From contig CAVZZO010000001.1 in assembly GCA_963779755.1 (NCBI GenBank), positions 2,048,001 to 2,112,000 on the forward strand: a DNA stretch of 64,000 nucleotides, read 5' to 3'. Positions 30,067 through 38,989 of this stretch are shown here, in pieces. Position 1 is the first letter of the stretch; the number at the start of each line of letters is the position of its first letter. Both the position numbers and the translations under genes were made by a program. Below the pieces are notes generated by a model. The model did not search any database and was not told where the DNA came from. It saw only the letters and a program-made list of their open reading frames with translations. This stretch comes from an uncultured Gemmatimonadales bacterium. Its GTDB lineage: Bacteria; Gemmatimonadota; Gemmatimonadetes; Gemmatimonadales; GWC2-71-9.

Positions 30067-30773
30067 TGCCGGAACGCGACGACCTGGCCGCCGGGCGCCT
30101 GATCACTGAGCCCGATGCCTGGGCCGCGACCGCCGCACTGCGGCTGGCGGCACTCATCACGGCCGCGCAGCGGGAGCGGCCCCGCCTCGCGCTCGCGCTG
30201 GCGGGTGGTGGCACCCCCGCGCCGGTCTACCGCCGCCTGGCCGCGCTGGAGGGGCCGGACTGGCAACAGGTGGATATCTTCTTCGGAGACGAACGGGCCG
30301 TGCCGCCGGACCATCCCCAGAGCAATCTCCGGATGGCGCGCGAGACGCTGATCGGGCCCGCCGGCATCGCCCCGGAGCGGGTCCACCGCATGGAGGCCGA
30401 TGCGCCCGACCGCGAGGGCGCGGCGCGGCGCTACGCCGCCCTGCTGCCCGACCGTCTCGACCTGCTGCTCCTCGGCATCGGTGAGGATGGCCATACGTTG
30501 TCCCTCTTCCCCGGCGCACCCGCGCTGCAGGAACGCGAGCGGCTGGTGCTCCCGGTCAGCGGGCCCAAGCCGCCGCCGGAGCGGCTGACCCTGACGCCTC
30601 CAGTGGTCCGGCGGGCCCGCGCCGTGGTGGTGCTCGCGGTGGGGGCGAAGAAGGCCGACGCGGTCGCGCGGGCGCTCGAGGGGCCGCTCGATCCGGCGCA
30701 GTGCCCGGCGCAACTGGCCCGCGACGGGCTCTGGATCCTCGACCGCCCCGCAGCCGCTCACCTCAAGGAGTAG
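30066..30773 (+). CDS. pgl: 6-phosphogluconolactonase
   Basis: ALAGGGTP, FGDERAVPPDHPQSN, LGIGEDGHTLSLFPG, RLTLT. Confidence 0.93.
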   Translation: MPERDDLAAGRLITEPDAWAATAALRLAALITAAQRERPRLALALAGGGTPAPVYRRLAALEGPDWQQVDIFFGDERAVPPDHPQSNLRMARETLIGPAGIAPERVHRMEADAPDREGAARRYAALLPDRLDLLLLGIGEDGHTLSLFPGAPALQERERLVLPVSGPKPPPERLTLTPPVVRRARAVVVLAVGAKKADAVARALEGPLDPAQCPAQLARDGLWILDRPAAAHLKE

Positions 30774-30779
30774 CCCCGC

Positions 30780-31760
30780 ATGGATGTGCTGGTGGGTGAT
30801 ATCGGCGGGACCCACGCGCGGCTCGCCGTCATGAGTCTCGAGGAGGACCGGTGGAAAATCCGGCGCCAGCAGGACTACCGCAGCGCCGAGTTCCCCGGCC
30901 TGGCGGCCGTCGTGCGCGCCTTCCTCGCCACTCTGGACCAGGTGCCGGACCGCGCCTGTTTCGGCGTGGCCTGTCCGGTGGACACCGGCATCTGCCGGCT
31001 CACCAACCTGGACTGGGAAGTGGATACGGCGAAGCTGCCCGGCGAGTTGGGCATCGAGCGCACCCGGCTGATCAACGATTTCCATGCCGTCGGCCTGGCC
31101 GTGCCCCTCCTCCGCGCCGAGGACCTGGTCGTGCTGCAGCCGGGCCGGCCCGAGCCCCGGGGCGCGCTGGCCATCATCGGGGCCGGCACCGGGCTGGGCC
31201 AGAGTCTGCTGGTGTGGGACGGCAGCGCCTACCGGGTCCACGCCTCCGAAGGGGGGCACGCCGATTTCGCCCCCCGCTCCCGGCTCGAGGCCCAGTTGTT
31301 TCTCTACCTGCTGGAGCGCTACGGCCACGTGAGCTACGAGCGGGTGCTGTCCGGCCCGGGCCTGGTGAATCTCTATCGATTTCTGCTGGACAGCGGCATC
31401 GGCACCGAACAGCGCGCCGTTCGCTCGGAGATGGAAACCGGCGACCCCGCCGCCGTCATCAGCCGGCACGGACTGGAGGGCACTGACGCCGTCTGCGTCC
31501 GCGCTCTGGACCTCTTCGCCGGCATCTATGGCGCGCAGGCGGGAAACCTGGCGCTCACCGTGCGGGCGGAAGGCGGGGTCTTTCTGGCCGGCGGTATCGC
31601 GCCGGTCATTCTGGAGAAGCTGCGCGACGGCACCTTCCTGCAGGCCTTCACCGGCAAGGGCCGCATGGCCTCGCTGCTGGAGCAGGTCGCGGTGCGCGTC
31701 ATCGTGAATCCCAACACCGGGCTCATCGGCGCCGCCGCCGCGGCCCGGGCGCTGGAGTGA
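30780..31760 (+). CDS. glk: Glucokinase
   Basis: GDIGGTHAR, LINDF, GAGTGLG, SEGGH, SYERVLSGPGL, GGVFLAGGI. Confidence 0.94.
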   Translation: MDVLVGDIGGTHARLAVMSLEEDRWKIRRQQDYRSAEFPGLAAVVRAFLATLDQVPDRACFGVACPVDTGICRLTNLDWEVDTAKLPGELGIERTRLINDFHAVGLAVPLLRAEDLVVLQPGRPEPRGALAIIGAGTGLGQSLLVWDGSAYRVHASEGGHADFAPRSRLEAQLFLYLLERYGHVSYERVLSGPGLVNLYRFLLDSGIGTEQRAVRSEMETGDPAAVISRHGLEGTDAVCVRALDLFAGIYGAQAGNLALTVRAEGGVFLAGGIAPVILEKLRDGTFLQAFTGKGRMASLLEQVAVRVIVNPNTGLIGAAAAARALE

Positions 31761-32584
31761 GCCGGGTGGCGCTCAAGCCCGTGCCCCCCGGCGCCAACCT
31801 CCGGCTGGACAACCGTCTGGCCGAGCCGCCGGACGATCTTCCTTCGAGCGGCGCGCTCAAGGAGTCGCTGGCCCAGCTCATGCACCGCATGCAGGACCTC
31901 CAGTACGAGCTGTACGCGGAGGGTCGGCGGGCCCTGCTGATCGTGCTCCAGGGCCGGGACACCGGGGGCAAGGACAGCACCATCCGCCATGTCTTCGGGC
32001 CGCTCAACCCGCAGGGCGTGGAGGTCAGCGCCTTCCGCGCCCCTACCGCGGAAGAGCTGGCCCACGATTTTCTCTGGCGGGTGCACCGGCGCGTGCCGGC
32101 GAAGGGGATGATCGGGATCTTCAACCGGTCGCACTACGAGGACGTGCTGGCGGTCCGGGTCCACAATCTCGCGCCCGAGGCCGTCTGGTCCCGCCGGTTC
32201 GCCCAGATCAACGATTTCGAGCGGCTGCTCGTCGATAGCGGGGTCACTATCCTGAAGTTCTTCCTGCAGATTTCGCGGGAGGAGCAGCGGCAACGGCTGC
32301 TGAAACGGCTGAACGATCCGCGCCGGAACTGGAAGTTCAACCCGCGCGACCTGGAAGAGCGCCGCCGGTGGGACGACTACACCGCGGCCTACGAGGACGT
32401 GCTGAGCCGGTGCAGCCCGGAATGGGCGCCGTGGTTCGTCGTTCCGGCCGATCGCAAGCCCGCGCGCGATGTGCTGATTGCCGAGACTGTCGTGCGCACG
32501 CTGGAACGGATGAAGCCCGAGCCGCCGGCGGCAGATGCCGAGGTGATTCGCCAGGGAAGGGAATTGCTGGGGAGCACCGGCTAG
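31757..32584 (+). CDS. ppk2: Polyphosphate kinase 2 family (class III-like)
   Basis: LQGRDTGGKD, HDFLWR, FNRSHYEDVL, LKFFLQIS, WKF, APWFVVPAD. Confidence 0.92.
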   Translation: MSRVALKPVPPGANLRLDNRLAEPPDDLPSSGALKESLAQLMHRMQDLQYELYAEGRRALLIVLQGRDTGGKDSTIRHVFGPLNPQGVEVSAFRAPTAEELAHDFLWRVHRRVPAKGMIGIFNRSHYEDVLAVRVHNLAPEAVWSRRFAQINDFERLLVDSGVTILKFFLQISREEQRQRLLKRLNDPRRNWKFNPRDLEERRRWDDYTAAYEDVLSRCSPEWAPWFVVPADRKPARDVLIAETVVRTLERMKPEPPAADAEVIRQGRELLGSTG

Positions 32585-32610
32585 CCCCCTCCCGCCTCAC
32601 TCCTCCGGTC

Positions 32611-33096
32611 TTATTGCCGTCCGTCCTTCCCATTCAGCACCTCCATCGCATTTCCCAGAAACGATTCCGGGCCGGACGCGCTGTGGTAGACGAGACGCGG
32701 CGTTTCCAGGATGAGCTGGTATCCGCCCTCGCCGGTCATCCGGTACTGGATGTCGGGGAGCACGGGGCCCACCGCCGCCAGGGTGGCGGGGAGGTGGCCG
32801 CTGTCGGCGGCAAACCGGTCGATCCGGCGGGCTTGCAGATAGAGTGCCAGGCGGGCACTGGCTTCCGCGCGCTCGGGCGAGACTTTCGGTCCCTGCAGCC
32901 AGGCCGGCGGGGAGAGGATGAACCATCCCAGCAGCGCGGCGAGGATCAGCGCCAGCACCGCCCGCGGCATGAGGCTCCGGCCCGGCGGCGGCGCCGCCGG
33001 CTCCGAGGGCCCGGCCCCCGACTGGATCGCCTGCTGATACGCCTCCGCCAGAGCGCGGCGGTGCGGGGGGGTCTGGTGGCCTTGCGGGTCGGTCAT
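32611..33096 (-). CDS. Hypothetical single-pass membrane protein
   Basis: One TM (AVLALILAALLGWFIL) then a helical domain with GHLPATL (pseudopilin-like); downstream of the receiver gene. Confidence 0.6.
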   Translation of the reverse strand: MTDPQGHQTPPHRRALAEAYQQAIQSGAGPSEPAAPPPGRSLMPRAVLALILAALLGWFILSPPAWLQGPKVSPERAEASARLALYLQARRIDRFAADSGHLPATLAAVGPVLPDIQYRMTGEGGYQLILETPRLVYHSASGPESFLGNAMEVLNGKDGRQ

Positions 33097-33129
33097 CGGC
33101 GCGTTGGCTCCACGGGGTCGAGTATCGGC

Positions 33130-33507
33130 CTAGTCGGTGACGGTCTCGCCGGCCAGCGCCCGTTCCACCTGGGCCGGGAACCCGCGGACGTCCAGCGGCT
33201 TGGTGACGTAGCCGTCGAATCCGGCTTCCAGCGCGCGGTCCCGGTCGCCCGCCATGGCATGAGCCGTCAGCGCCACCACCCGCAGTGCCGGCCAGGAGGA
33301 CTCGCGAATCCGCTGCAGGAGGGTATATCCGTCGGCCTCCGGCAGCTGAATATCCATGAGGACCAGATCGGGGCGGCTCGCCTCGATGGTTTCCAGCAGC
33401 CCCTCGCCGCTGGTCAGCTCGGCCACTTCATGGCCTTTCAGCGTGAGCAGCGCGCGGCAGAGCTTCATGTTGTCCGGGTTGTCTTCCACCACCAGTATGC
33501 GCGCCAT
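33130..33507 (-). CDS. Single-domain response regulator (DivK-like)
   Basis: ARILVVEDN..PDLVLMDIQLP..ALTAHAMAGDR..GYVTKP. Confidence 0.92.
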   Translation of the reverse strand: MARILVVEDNPDNMKLCRALLTLKGHEVAELTSGEGLLETIEASRPDLVLMDIQLPEADGYTLLQRIRESSWPALRVVALTAHAMAGDRDRALEAGFDGYVTKPLDVRGFPAQVERALAGETVTD

Positions 33508-33601
33508 GCAGATGTTCCGTTGTGGGGACCGTCGCCAATAACTACCATTCGCGCAGGTACGACGCAACTCCGGTTCCGCCATTCCCGTTCCCCTGCTTAG
33601 C

Positions 33602-34450
33602 ATGCGTCCACAATCACTCGCCGTTCTGGGACTCGGTACGCTCGGCGGGTCCGTTGCCGCCGGCGCGCGCGACGCCGGGGTGGAACGGATCGCCGGCTAT
33701 GCCACTGCCCGCTCCGACGGTGTCCGGGCGCTGCAGAGCGGCGTGATCACCGAGCTGGCCGGCACCGCCGCCGGGGCGGTCCGCGGTGCCGACGTGGTGG
33801 TGATCGCCTCGGCTGCGCGCACCGCCATGACTCTGCTCGAGCGCATCGCGGGGCGCGTGGGGGAGGGCTGTCTCGTCACCGACGTGGCGGCGGTCAAGGC
33901 GCCGGTAGTCCAGCGGGCCGAGCGGCTCGGACTGGCCGACCGCTTTGCCGGCAGCCACCCCCTGGCGGCCTCGATGCCCGATGACGGCACTGTCCCCCGG
34001 CCCGACCGCTTCCGGGATGCCCTGGTATACGTCTGTCCCACCACTACCGACGGCGGGTACGCCGCCGCACGGAACATCATGTCCTTCTGGCAGGATCTCT
34101 ACGGCGCCCAGGCAGTGCTGATCGAGCCGGCGCAGCATGACCAACGGCTCGCCTGGAGCCACCACCTTCCCCAGGCCGCCGTCTTTGCGCTCGCGCGCGC
34201 GCTGGCGGGAAGCGGTCTCCCCGGGGCCGCTTTCGGCCGCGATGCGCGCGAGATTACCCGCGCGGCCGGCACGGGCACCGACGCCTGGGCCGACGTGCTG
34301 CTGCTCAACCGGCAGGCGGTCGCCGGGGCGCTCGCGCAGGCCGGCAGCGAGCTGGCCGAGCTGCAGCGGCGGCTCGCCGCCGGCGACCGGGACGGGGTGC
34401 AGGCCTTCCTCGAGGAGGCGGCGGCGTTCCGCCGGACGCTGGGCGAATGA
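33602..34450 (+). CDS. tyrA: Prephenate/arogenate dehydrogenase family (divergent)
   Basis: GLGTLGGS Rossmann motif, TDVAAVK, GSHPLA, HDQ..SHHLPQ; upstream of aroA. Confidence 0.8.
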   Translation: MRPQSLAVLGLGTLGGSVAAGARDAGVERIAGYATARSDGVRALQSGVITELAGTAAGAVRGADVVVIASAARTAMTLLERIAGRVGEGCLVTDVAAVKAPVVQRAERLGLADRFAGSHPLAASMPDDGTVPRPDRFRDALVYVCPTTTDGGYAAARNIMSFWQDLYGAQAVLIEPAQHDQRLAWSHHLPQAAVFALARALAGSGLPGAAFGRDAREITRAAGTGTDAWADVLLLNRQAVAGALAQAGSELAELQRRLAAGDRDGVQAFLEEAAAFRRTLGE

Positions 34451-35724
34451 TCGTCCAGGGAGTGATCCGTCCCCCGGGAGACAAGAGCATCACCCACCGG
34501 GTGCTGCTGTTCGCCGGTCTGGCCCGCGGCATCAGCCACGTCGGCGGTGCGCTGACATCGCTCGACGCCCGTTCCACCGCTCATGTGCTTCGGGCCCTGG
34601 GCGCGGAGATCTCCCCCCTGCGGCCGGGACAGGTGCTCCGCATCCGGGGCCGGGGGCGGTTCTCGCGTCCCGCGGGCCGGCTCGACTGCGGCAACTCCGG
34701 CACCACCGCCCGCCTGCTGCTCGGCCTCCTGGCCGCGCACCGTTTCAGCAGCACCCTGACCGGCGACCGGTCGCTCCGCCGCCGGCCCATGCGGCGCATC
34801 ACCCACCCGCTGCACCTGATGGGCGCCCGCATCCGGGAATACGACGGCGACGGCCTCCCGCTTACCATCCGCGGCGGTCCGCTCTTGCCCCTGCGCTACG
34901 AGCTGCCCGTCTCCAGCGCCCAGCTCAAGAGCAGTCTGCTGCTGGCGGGGCTGGCCGGTAATGTGGCGGTGGCGGTGCGCGAGCCCACGGGCCGCTCGCG
35001 CGACCACACCGAGCGCTTGCTGCGCGCCTTCGGCTACAGCGTCCAGGACACGAATGGCTGGATCGCCTTCGAGCCGGACGGTGAGCTTTCGCCGTTCGAG
35101 CTCCAGGTGCCGGGCGATGTGTCCTCCGCCGCCTTTCTGGTCGGGGCCGCTCTGCTGGCCGAGGCCGGCGAGCTGCTGGTGGCCGGGGTGGGGCTCAATC
35201 CCACCCGCACCGGGTATCTCGGGGTGCTGCGGCGGATGGGAGGCCTGGTGCAGGAGACCGTCACCGGCGAGGAACACGGTGAGCCCATCGGGGATCTGCT
35301 GGTGCGTCCTTCCGCCCTGCGCGCCGTCGTGGTGGAGGCCGAGGAGATCCCCGGGCTGATCGACGAGATCCCGCTGCTGGCGGTGCTGGCCTCCCGGGCG
35401 GAGGGCACCAGTTGTTTTCGCCAGGTGGGCGAGCTGCGAGTCAAGGAAAGCGACCGGCTGGGCCTCCTGGCCGCCAACCTCCGGGCGCTGGGCGTGGAAG
35501 CCGAGGTGCAGGGCGAGGATCTCCACGTGACCGGCACCGACCATCCTCCCGCCGGCCGGGTAAAGACCGAATCTGATCACCGGCTGGCCATGGCCTTCAG
35601 TGTCCTGGCCCGGGTGCCGGGCGCCAGGGTCCGGGTGGACGACCCGGAGTGCGCCGAGGTGAGCTTCCCCGACTTCGGCGACGCGCTGGGCGCCATCCTC
35701 GCCGGGGGCAAAGGGCGTGGCTAG
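34447..35724 (+). CDS. aroA: 3-phosphoshikimate 1-carboxyvinyltransferase
   Basis: PGDKSITHR, DCGNSGTTAR, RRPMRR, SAQLKS, RDHTER, IDEIP, ELRVKESDR, DHRLAMAF. Confidence 0.96.
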   Translation: MIVQGVIRPPGDKSITHRVLLFAGLARGISHVGGALTSLDARSTAHVLRALGAEISPLRPGQVLRIRGRGRFSRPAGRLDCGNSGTTARLLLGLLAAHRFSSTLTGDRSLRRRPMRRITHPLHLMGARIREYDGDGLPLTIRGGPLLPLRYELPVSSAQLKSSLLLAGLAGNVAVAVREPTGRSRDHTERLLRAFGYSVQDTNGWIAFEPDGELSPFELQVPGDVSSAAFLVGAALLAEAGELLVAGVGLNPTRTGYLGVLRRMGGLVQETVTGEEHGEPIGDLLVRPSALRAVVVEAEEIPGLIDEIPLLAVLASRAEGTSCFRQVGELRVKESDRLGLLAANLRALGVEAEVQGEDLHVTGTDHPPAGRVKTESDHRLAMAFSVLARVPGARVRVDDPECAEVSFPDFGDALGAILAGGKGRG

Positions 35725-36421
35725 CCGGGTCATCGCCATCGACGGTCCTTCCGCCAGCGGCAAGTCCAGCACCGCCCGCGCGGTGGCGCGGGCCCTGGGC
35801 TTCGGCCACCTCGATTCCGGAGTGCTCTACCGGGGAGTAACGCTGGTGGCACTGACGGAGCGGGAGCGGCGGGGCGGGGCGGGCAGGACCCTGCCGCCGC
35901 ACGAGCTGCTGCAGGCGGCGGAAGCCCGCGGGCTCATGCTGCAGTCCGACGGCGAGGCATTTGTGATTTATCTGGACGGCGAGCCGGCGGAGGCCCTGGT
36001 CCGCACCGCCCCGGTCACCGCCGAGGTGTCTGCCGTGGCCGCCATTCCGGAGGTGCGGGAATGGGTGAACGAGCGGCTGCGCCAGGTGGTCCGGACCGGC
36101 CTCTCGGTGGTGGTGGACGGGCGCGACATCGGTAGCGTGGTCTTTCCGGATGCCGGCCTCAAGATCTTTCTCACGGCCTCATCCGAAACCCGGGCCCGGC
36201 GGCGCCTGGCCCAGCGGGGGGAGGGCGACGATCCCGAACAGGTGCGCAGCGAGTCCGCCCTGCTGGCGGCCCGTGACCAGGCGGACAGCACCCGGGAGGT
36301 GGCGCCGCTGCGCCAGTCGGAGGACGCCGTGCCGCTGGATACGACCGGCCTGAGCTTCGAGGGGCAGGTGGAGCGGATCGTGGCCCTGGCCCGGCAGCGG
36401 TTCCCGGAAGGTGAGAGGTGA
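35717..36421 (+). CDS. cmk: Cytidylate kinase
   Basis: IAIDGPSASGKSS, LDSGVLYR, DGRDIGSVVFPDA. Confidence 0.95.
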   Translation: MASRVIAIDGPSASGKSSTARAVARALGFGHLDSGVLYRGVTLVALTERERRGGAGRTLPPHELLQAAEARGLMLQSDGEAFVIYLDGEPAEALVRTAPVTAEVSAVAAIPEVREWVNERLRQVVRTGLSVVVDGRDIGSVVFPDAGLKIFLTASSETRARRRLAQRGEGDDPEQVRSESALLAARDQADSTREVAPLRQSEDAVPLDTTGLSFEGQVERIVALARQRFPEGER

Positions 36422-36472
36422 GCCGTAAGGCGTGAGGAGTGTCCCCCCATGCCTCAGGTCTTACCTCTTACC
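36410..36472. repeat. Inverted array of heptamer repeats
   Basis: GGTGAGA GGTGAGC CGTAAGG CGTGAGG ... CCTCAGG TCTTACC TCTTACC; cmk stop lies in the second unit. Confidence 0.65.
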
Positions 36473-36482
36473 CTGCCGTGAC

Positions 36483-36512
36483 TTGCCATTTCCAGTGCGT
36501 CTCTCGTATTAT
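36483..36512 (+). promoter_or_regulatory. sigma70-type promoter of rpsA
   Basis: TTGCCA-18 bp-TATTAT, followed by a GC hairpin at 36517-36541. Confidence 0.6.
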
Positions 36513-36604
36513 TACCGGCTCCCTCCCAGTCTGGGAGGGCCGTTTACCTTTGTCCCGCAGCCCCTCCGGTGCGGCCGTACCTGGAAGAGGAAGACCACTT
36601 TCGC

Positions 36605-38362
36605 ATGCCTGAACTCAGCTCCTACGAACCGATTACCTCCCACACCGGGCTTCGTGTCCGGGAAGACCTTCTTGACGAGGAATACAGTCAGGAAGACTAC
36701 GAAAAAATGCTCCCTCTGTACGAGCAGACGATGGCGTCTATCGCCGAGGGGGAGATCGTCAAGTCGAAGGTCCTGCGGGTCACGGACAACGCCGTCATTC
36801 TGGATGTCGGCTTCAAGTCCGAGGGCTCGGTGCCGCTGGATGAGTTCAAGGAACCGGAAAATCTGAAGGAAGGCGACGAAGTCGAGGTCTTCCTGGAGCA
36901 CCTGGAGGATCAGGAGGGCGCGGTCGTGCTCTCCAAGAAGAAGGCCGACTTCATGCGGGTCTGGGAGAAGATCCGCCAGGCCTATGAAAGCGATCAGCCG
37001 GTCGAAGGTACCCTGGTCAAGAAGATCAAGGGCGGCGTCGTGGTGAACCTGATGGGGGTGGATGCCTTCCTCCCCGGCAGCCAGATCGCGCTGCGCCGGG
37101 TGCCCAACATCGACGAGCTGCTGGGCAGCACCTACGAGTTCAAGATCATCAAGCTGAACAAGCGCCGGCGGAACATCGTGGTGAGCCGCCGCGTCATTCT
37201 GGAGCACGAGCGGGCGCACAAGCGCGAGCACCTGATGAAGGAGCTCGAGGTCGGGCAGGTGCGGAAGGGTGTGGTCAAGAACATCACCGATTTCGGCGCC
37301 TTCATCGACCTGGGCGGCGTGGACGGCCTGCTGCATATCACCGATATGTCCTACGGGCGGGTCTCCCATCCGTCGGAAGTGGTCCAGATCGGCCAGGAGG
37401 TCGAGGTCAAGATTCTCGACATCGACTGGCAGCGCGAGCGCATCAGCCTGGGCATGAAACAGCTCCAGCCCTATCCCTGGAAGGACGTGGCCGAGAAGTA
37501 TCCGGTGGGCACCCGGGTCCAGGGCAAGGTCGTCTCCATCACCAACTACGGGGCCTTCGTGGAGCTGGAGCCGGGCATCGAAGGCCTGGTGCACATCAGC
37601 GAAATGAGCTGGACGCGCAACGTGCGCCACCCGTCCAAGATCGTGAGCATCGGCGAAACGATCGAAGCCGTGGTGCTCAAGGTGGACGAGAGCGAGGAGA
37701 AGATCTCCCTCGGCATGAAGCAGACGGAGCAGGATCCCTGGGTGGTGCTGCCGCTCAAGTATCCGGTGGGCACCCGCATCAACGGCAAGGTGCGCAACCT
37801 GACCAGCTTCGGTGCCTTCGTGGAAATCGAGCCCGGCATCGACGGCCTGATCCACATCTCCGACATGTCCTGGACCAAGCGGATCCAGCACCCCTCGGAG
37901 GTGGTCAAGAAGGGCGACGCGGTGGACGTCGTCATCCTCAACATCGACGGCGACAACAAGCGGATCAGCCTCGGCCTCAAGCAGGCGGAAGAAGATCCCT
38001 GGCTCAAGATCGGCGAAACCTATCCGGTCAACATGGAGTTGCGCGGCACCGTGACCCGCCTGATGGACAAGGGGGTGGTGGTGGACCTGGGCAACGACAT
38101 CGAGGGCTTCGTGCCCATGTCGCAGCTGGGCGTGGCCGAGATCCAGCAGCCGGGCGATGCGGTCCGCGAGGGCCAGCCCGTGGATCTCAAGGTCCTGGAG
38201 GTCGATCCCATCCATCACCGGATCGTCCTGGCGGTGGTGGGCTACCCCGAGTTCGACCCCTCCACCCTGCCGCCCCCGCGCCCGCCGGAAGAGACCCCGG
38301 CCGAGAGCGAGAGCGAGAACGACGCCGAGGCCTCCGCCGAGGAAGCGGCCCCGTCGGAATAA
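36605..38362 (+). CDS. rpsA: 30S ribosomal protein S1
   Basis: Tandem S1 domains (GFKSEG, AFLPGSQ, FGAFIDLGGVDGLLHITD, YGAFVELEPGIEGLVHISE); follows cmk. Confidence 0.97.
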   Translation: MPELSSYEPITSHTGLRVREDLLDEEYSQEDYEKMLPLYEQTMASIAEGEIVKSKVLRVTDNAVILDVGFKSEGSVPLDEFKEPENLKEGDEVEVFLEHLEDQEGAVVLSKKKADFMRVWEKIRQAYESDQPVEGTLVKKIKGGVVVNLMGVDAFLPGSQIALRRVPNIDELLGSTYEFKIIKLNKRRRNIVVSRRVILEHERAHKREHLMKELEVGQVRKGVVKNITDFGAFIDLGGVDGLLHITDMSYGRVSHPSEVVQIGQEVEVKILDIDWQRERISLGMKQLQPYPWKDVAEKYPVGTRVQGKVVSITNYGAFVELEPGIEGLVHISEMSWTRNVRHPSKIVSIGETIEAVVLKVDESEEKISLGMKQTEQDPWVVLPLKYPVGTRINGKVRNLTSFGAFVEIEPGIDGLIHISDMSWTKRIQHPSEVVKKGDAVDVVILNIDGDNKRISLGLKQAEEDPWLKIGETYPVNMELRGTVTRLMDKGVVVDLGNDIEGFVPMSQLGVAEIQQPGDAVREGQPVDLKVLEVDPIHHRIVLAVVGYPEFDPSTLPPPRPPEETPAESESENDAEASAEEAAPSE

Positions 38363-38382
38363 GACGGCCCATCAGCACCAGG

Positions 38383-38414
38383 AAAAGCCCCGTTCATTCG
38401 AGCGGGGCTTTTTT
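38383..38414 (+). terminator. Intrinsic (possibly bidirectional) terminator after rpsA
   Basis: AAAAGCCCCGTTC-ATTC-GAGCGGGGCTTTTTT. Confidence 0.85.
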
Positions 38415-38871
38415 ACCGCGAAGACGCGAAGGGCGCGAAGGGTCCGAATACCTTGTCTTTTGTAGGCCGGTGTTGATTTACAATTCGCCGGATCCCTCTC
38501 CCAAGGACCGGGACGTTGAAATTCATCAGCAGCGCCAGAGGCAGGCGGAGCAGTCGGAGGTAGGTTAGCACCTGGGCCAGGTGGATAGCAGTTACCTCTT
38601 CAACCGCTTTGACCTCCACCAGCAGCACCCCTTCAATCAGGAAGTCAGCCCGGTAACTGCAAGGAAGCCGGACGCCTTTGTAGAAGACCGGCAGTGCCAC
38701 CTCGCGCTGGTGTTCCAGGCGCCGCAGGGAAAGTTCGTGACCCAGGCATGTCGCATACGCGCTTTCGAGCAGGCCCGGGCCGAGGCTCCGGTGAACTTCG
38801 ATCGCCGCGCCGATCACCTGATGGGACAGACGGTCCGCAAGGTCGGACTTTTGTACTAGGTCGATTGCCAT
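38413..38871 (-). CDS. GxxExxY protein (PD-(D/E)XK nuclease-like), 152 aa
   Basis: VIGAAIEVHRSLGPGLLESAY, RADFLIE..LVEVKAV, HLAQVLTYL, LLMNF; hidden at the 3' end of the long antisense ORF 38413..40560. Confidence 0.92.
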   Translation of the reverse strand: MAIDLVQKSDLADRLSHQVIGAAIEVHRSLGPGLLESAYATCLGHELSLRRLEHQREVALPVFYKGVRLPCSYRADFLIEGVLLVEVKAVEEVTAIHLAQVLTYLRLLRLPLALLMNFNVPVLGRGIRRIVNQHRPTKDKVFGPFAPFASSR

Positions 38872-38965
38872 GCCCCCACAGTACACATCCCAACGCCTTG
38901 AAACGTACCAAAAACTCACGATCCTCATCCTTTCGCGCTCTTCGCGAGCTTCGCGTCTTCGCGGT
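38415..38965. mobile_element. Putative mobile cassette: GxxExxY gene within periodic terminal inverted repeats
   Basis: Ends ACCGCGAAGACGCGAAG.. and ..CTTCGCGTCTTCGCGGT are perfect 17-bp inverted repeats, extended by further CGCGAAG units of about 9-nt period; interior is visibly more AT-rich than the flanks. Confidence 0.6.
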
Positions 38966-38989
38966 TCCGCCCCGGCTATATTCCGGCCC

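Noticed and set aside
32585..32632. Possible further periodic repeat remnant between ppk2 and the convergent gene
   Set aside because: Only a weak pyrimidine-rich pattern with no clear unit or partner arm
23518..33100. Genomic island or prophage integrated at tRNA-Leu
   Set aside because: No integrase, no duplicated tRNA 3' end seen by eye, and composition resembles the backbone
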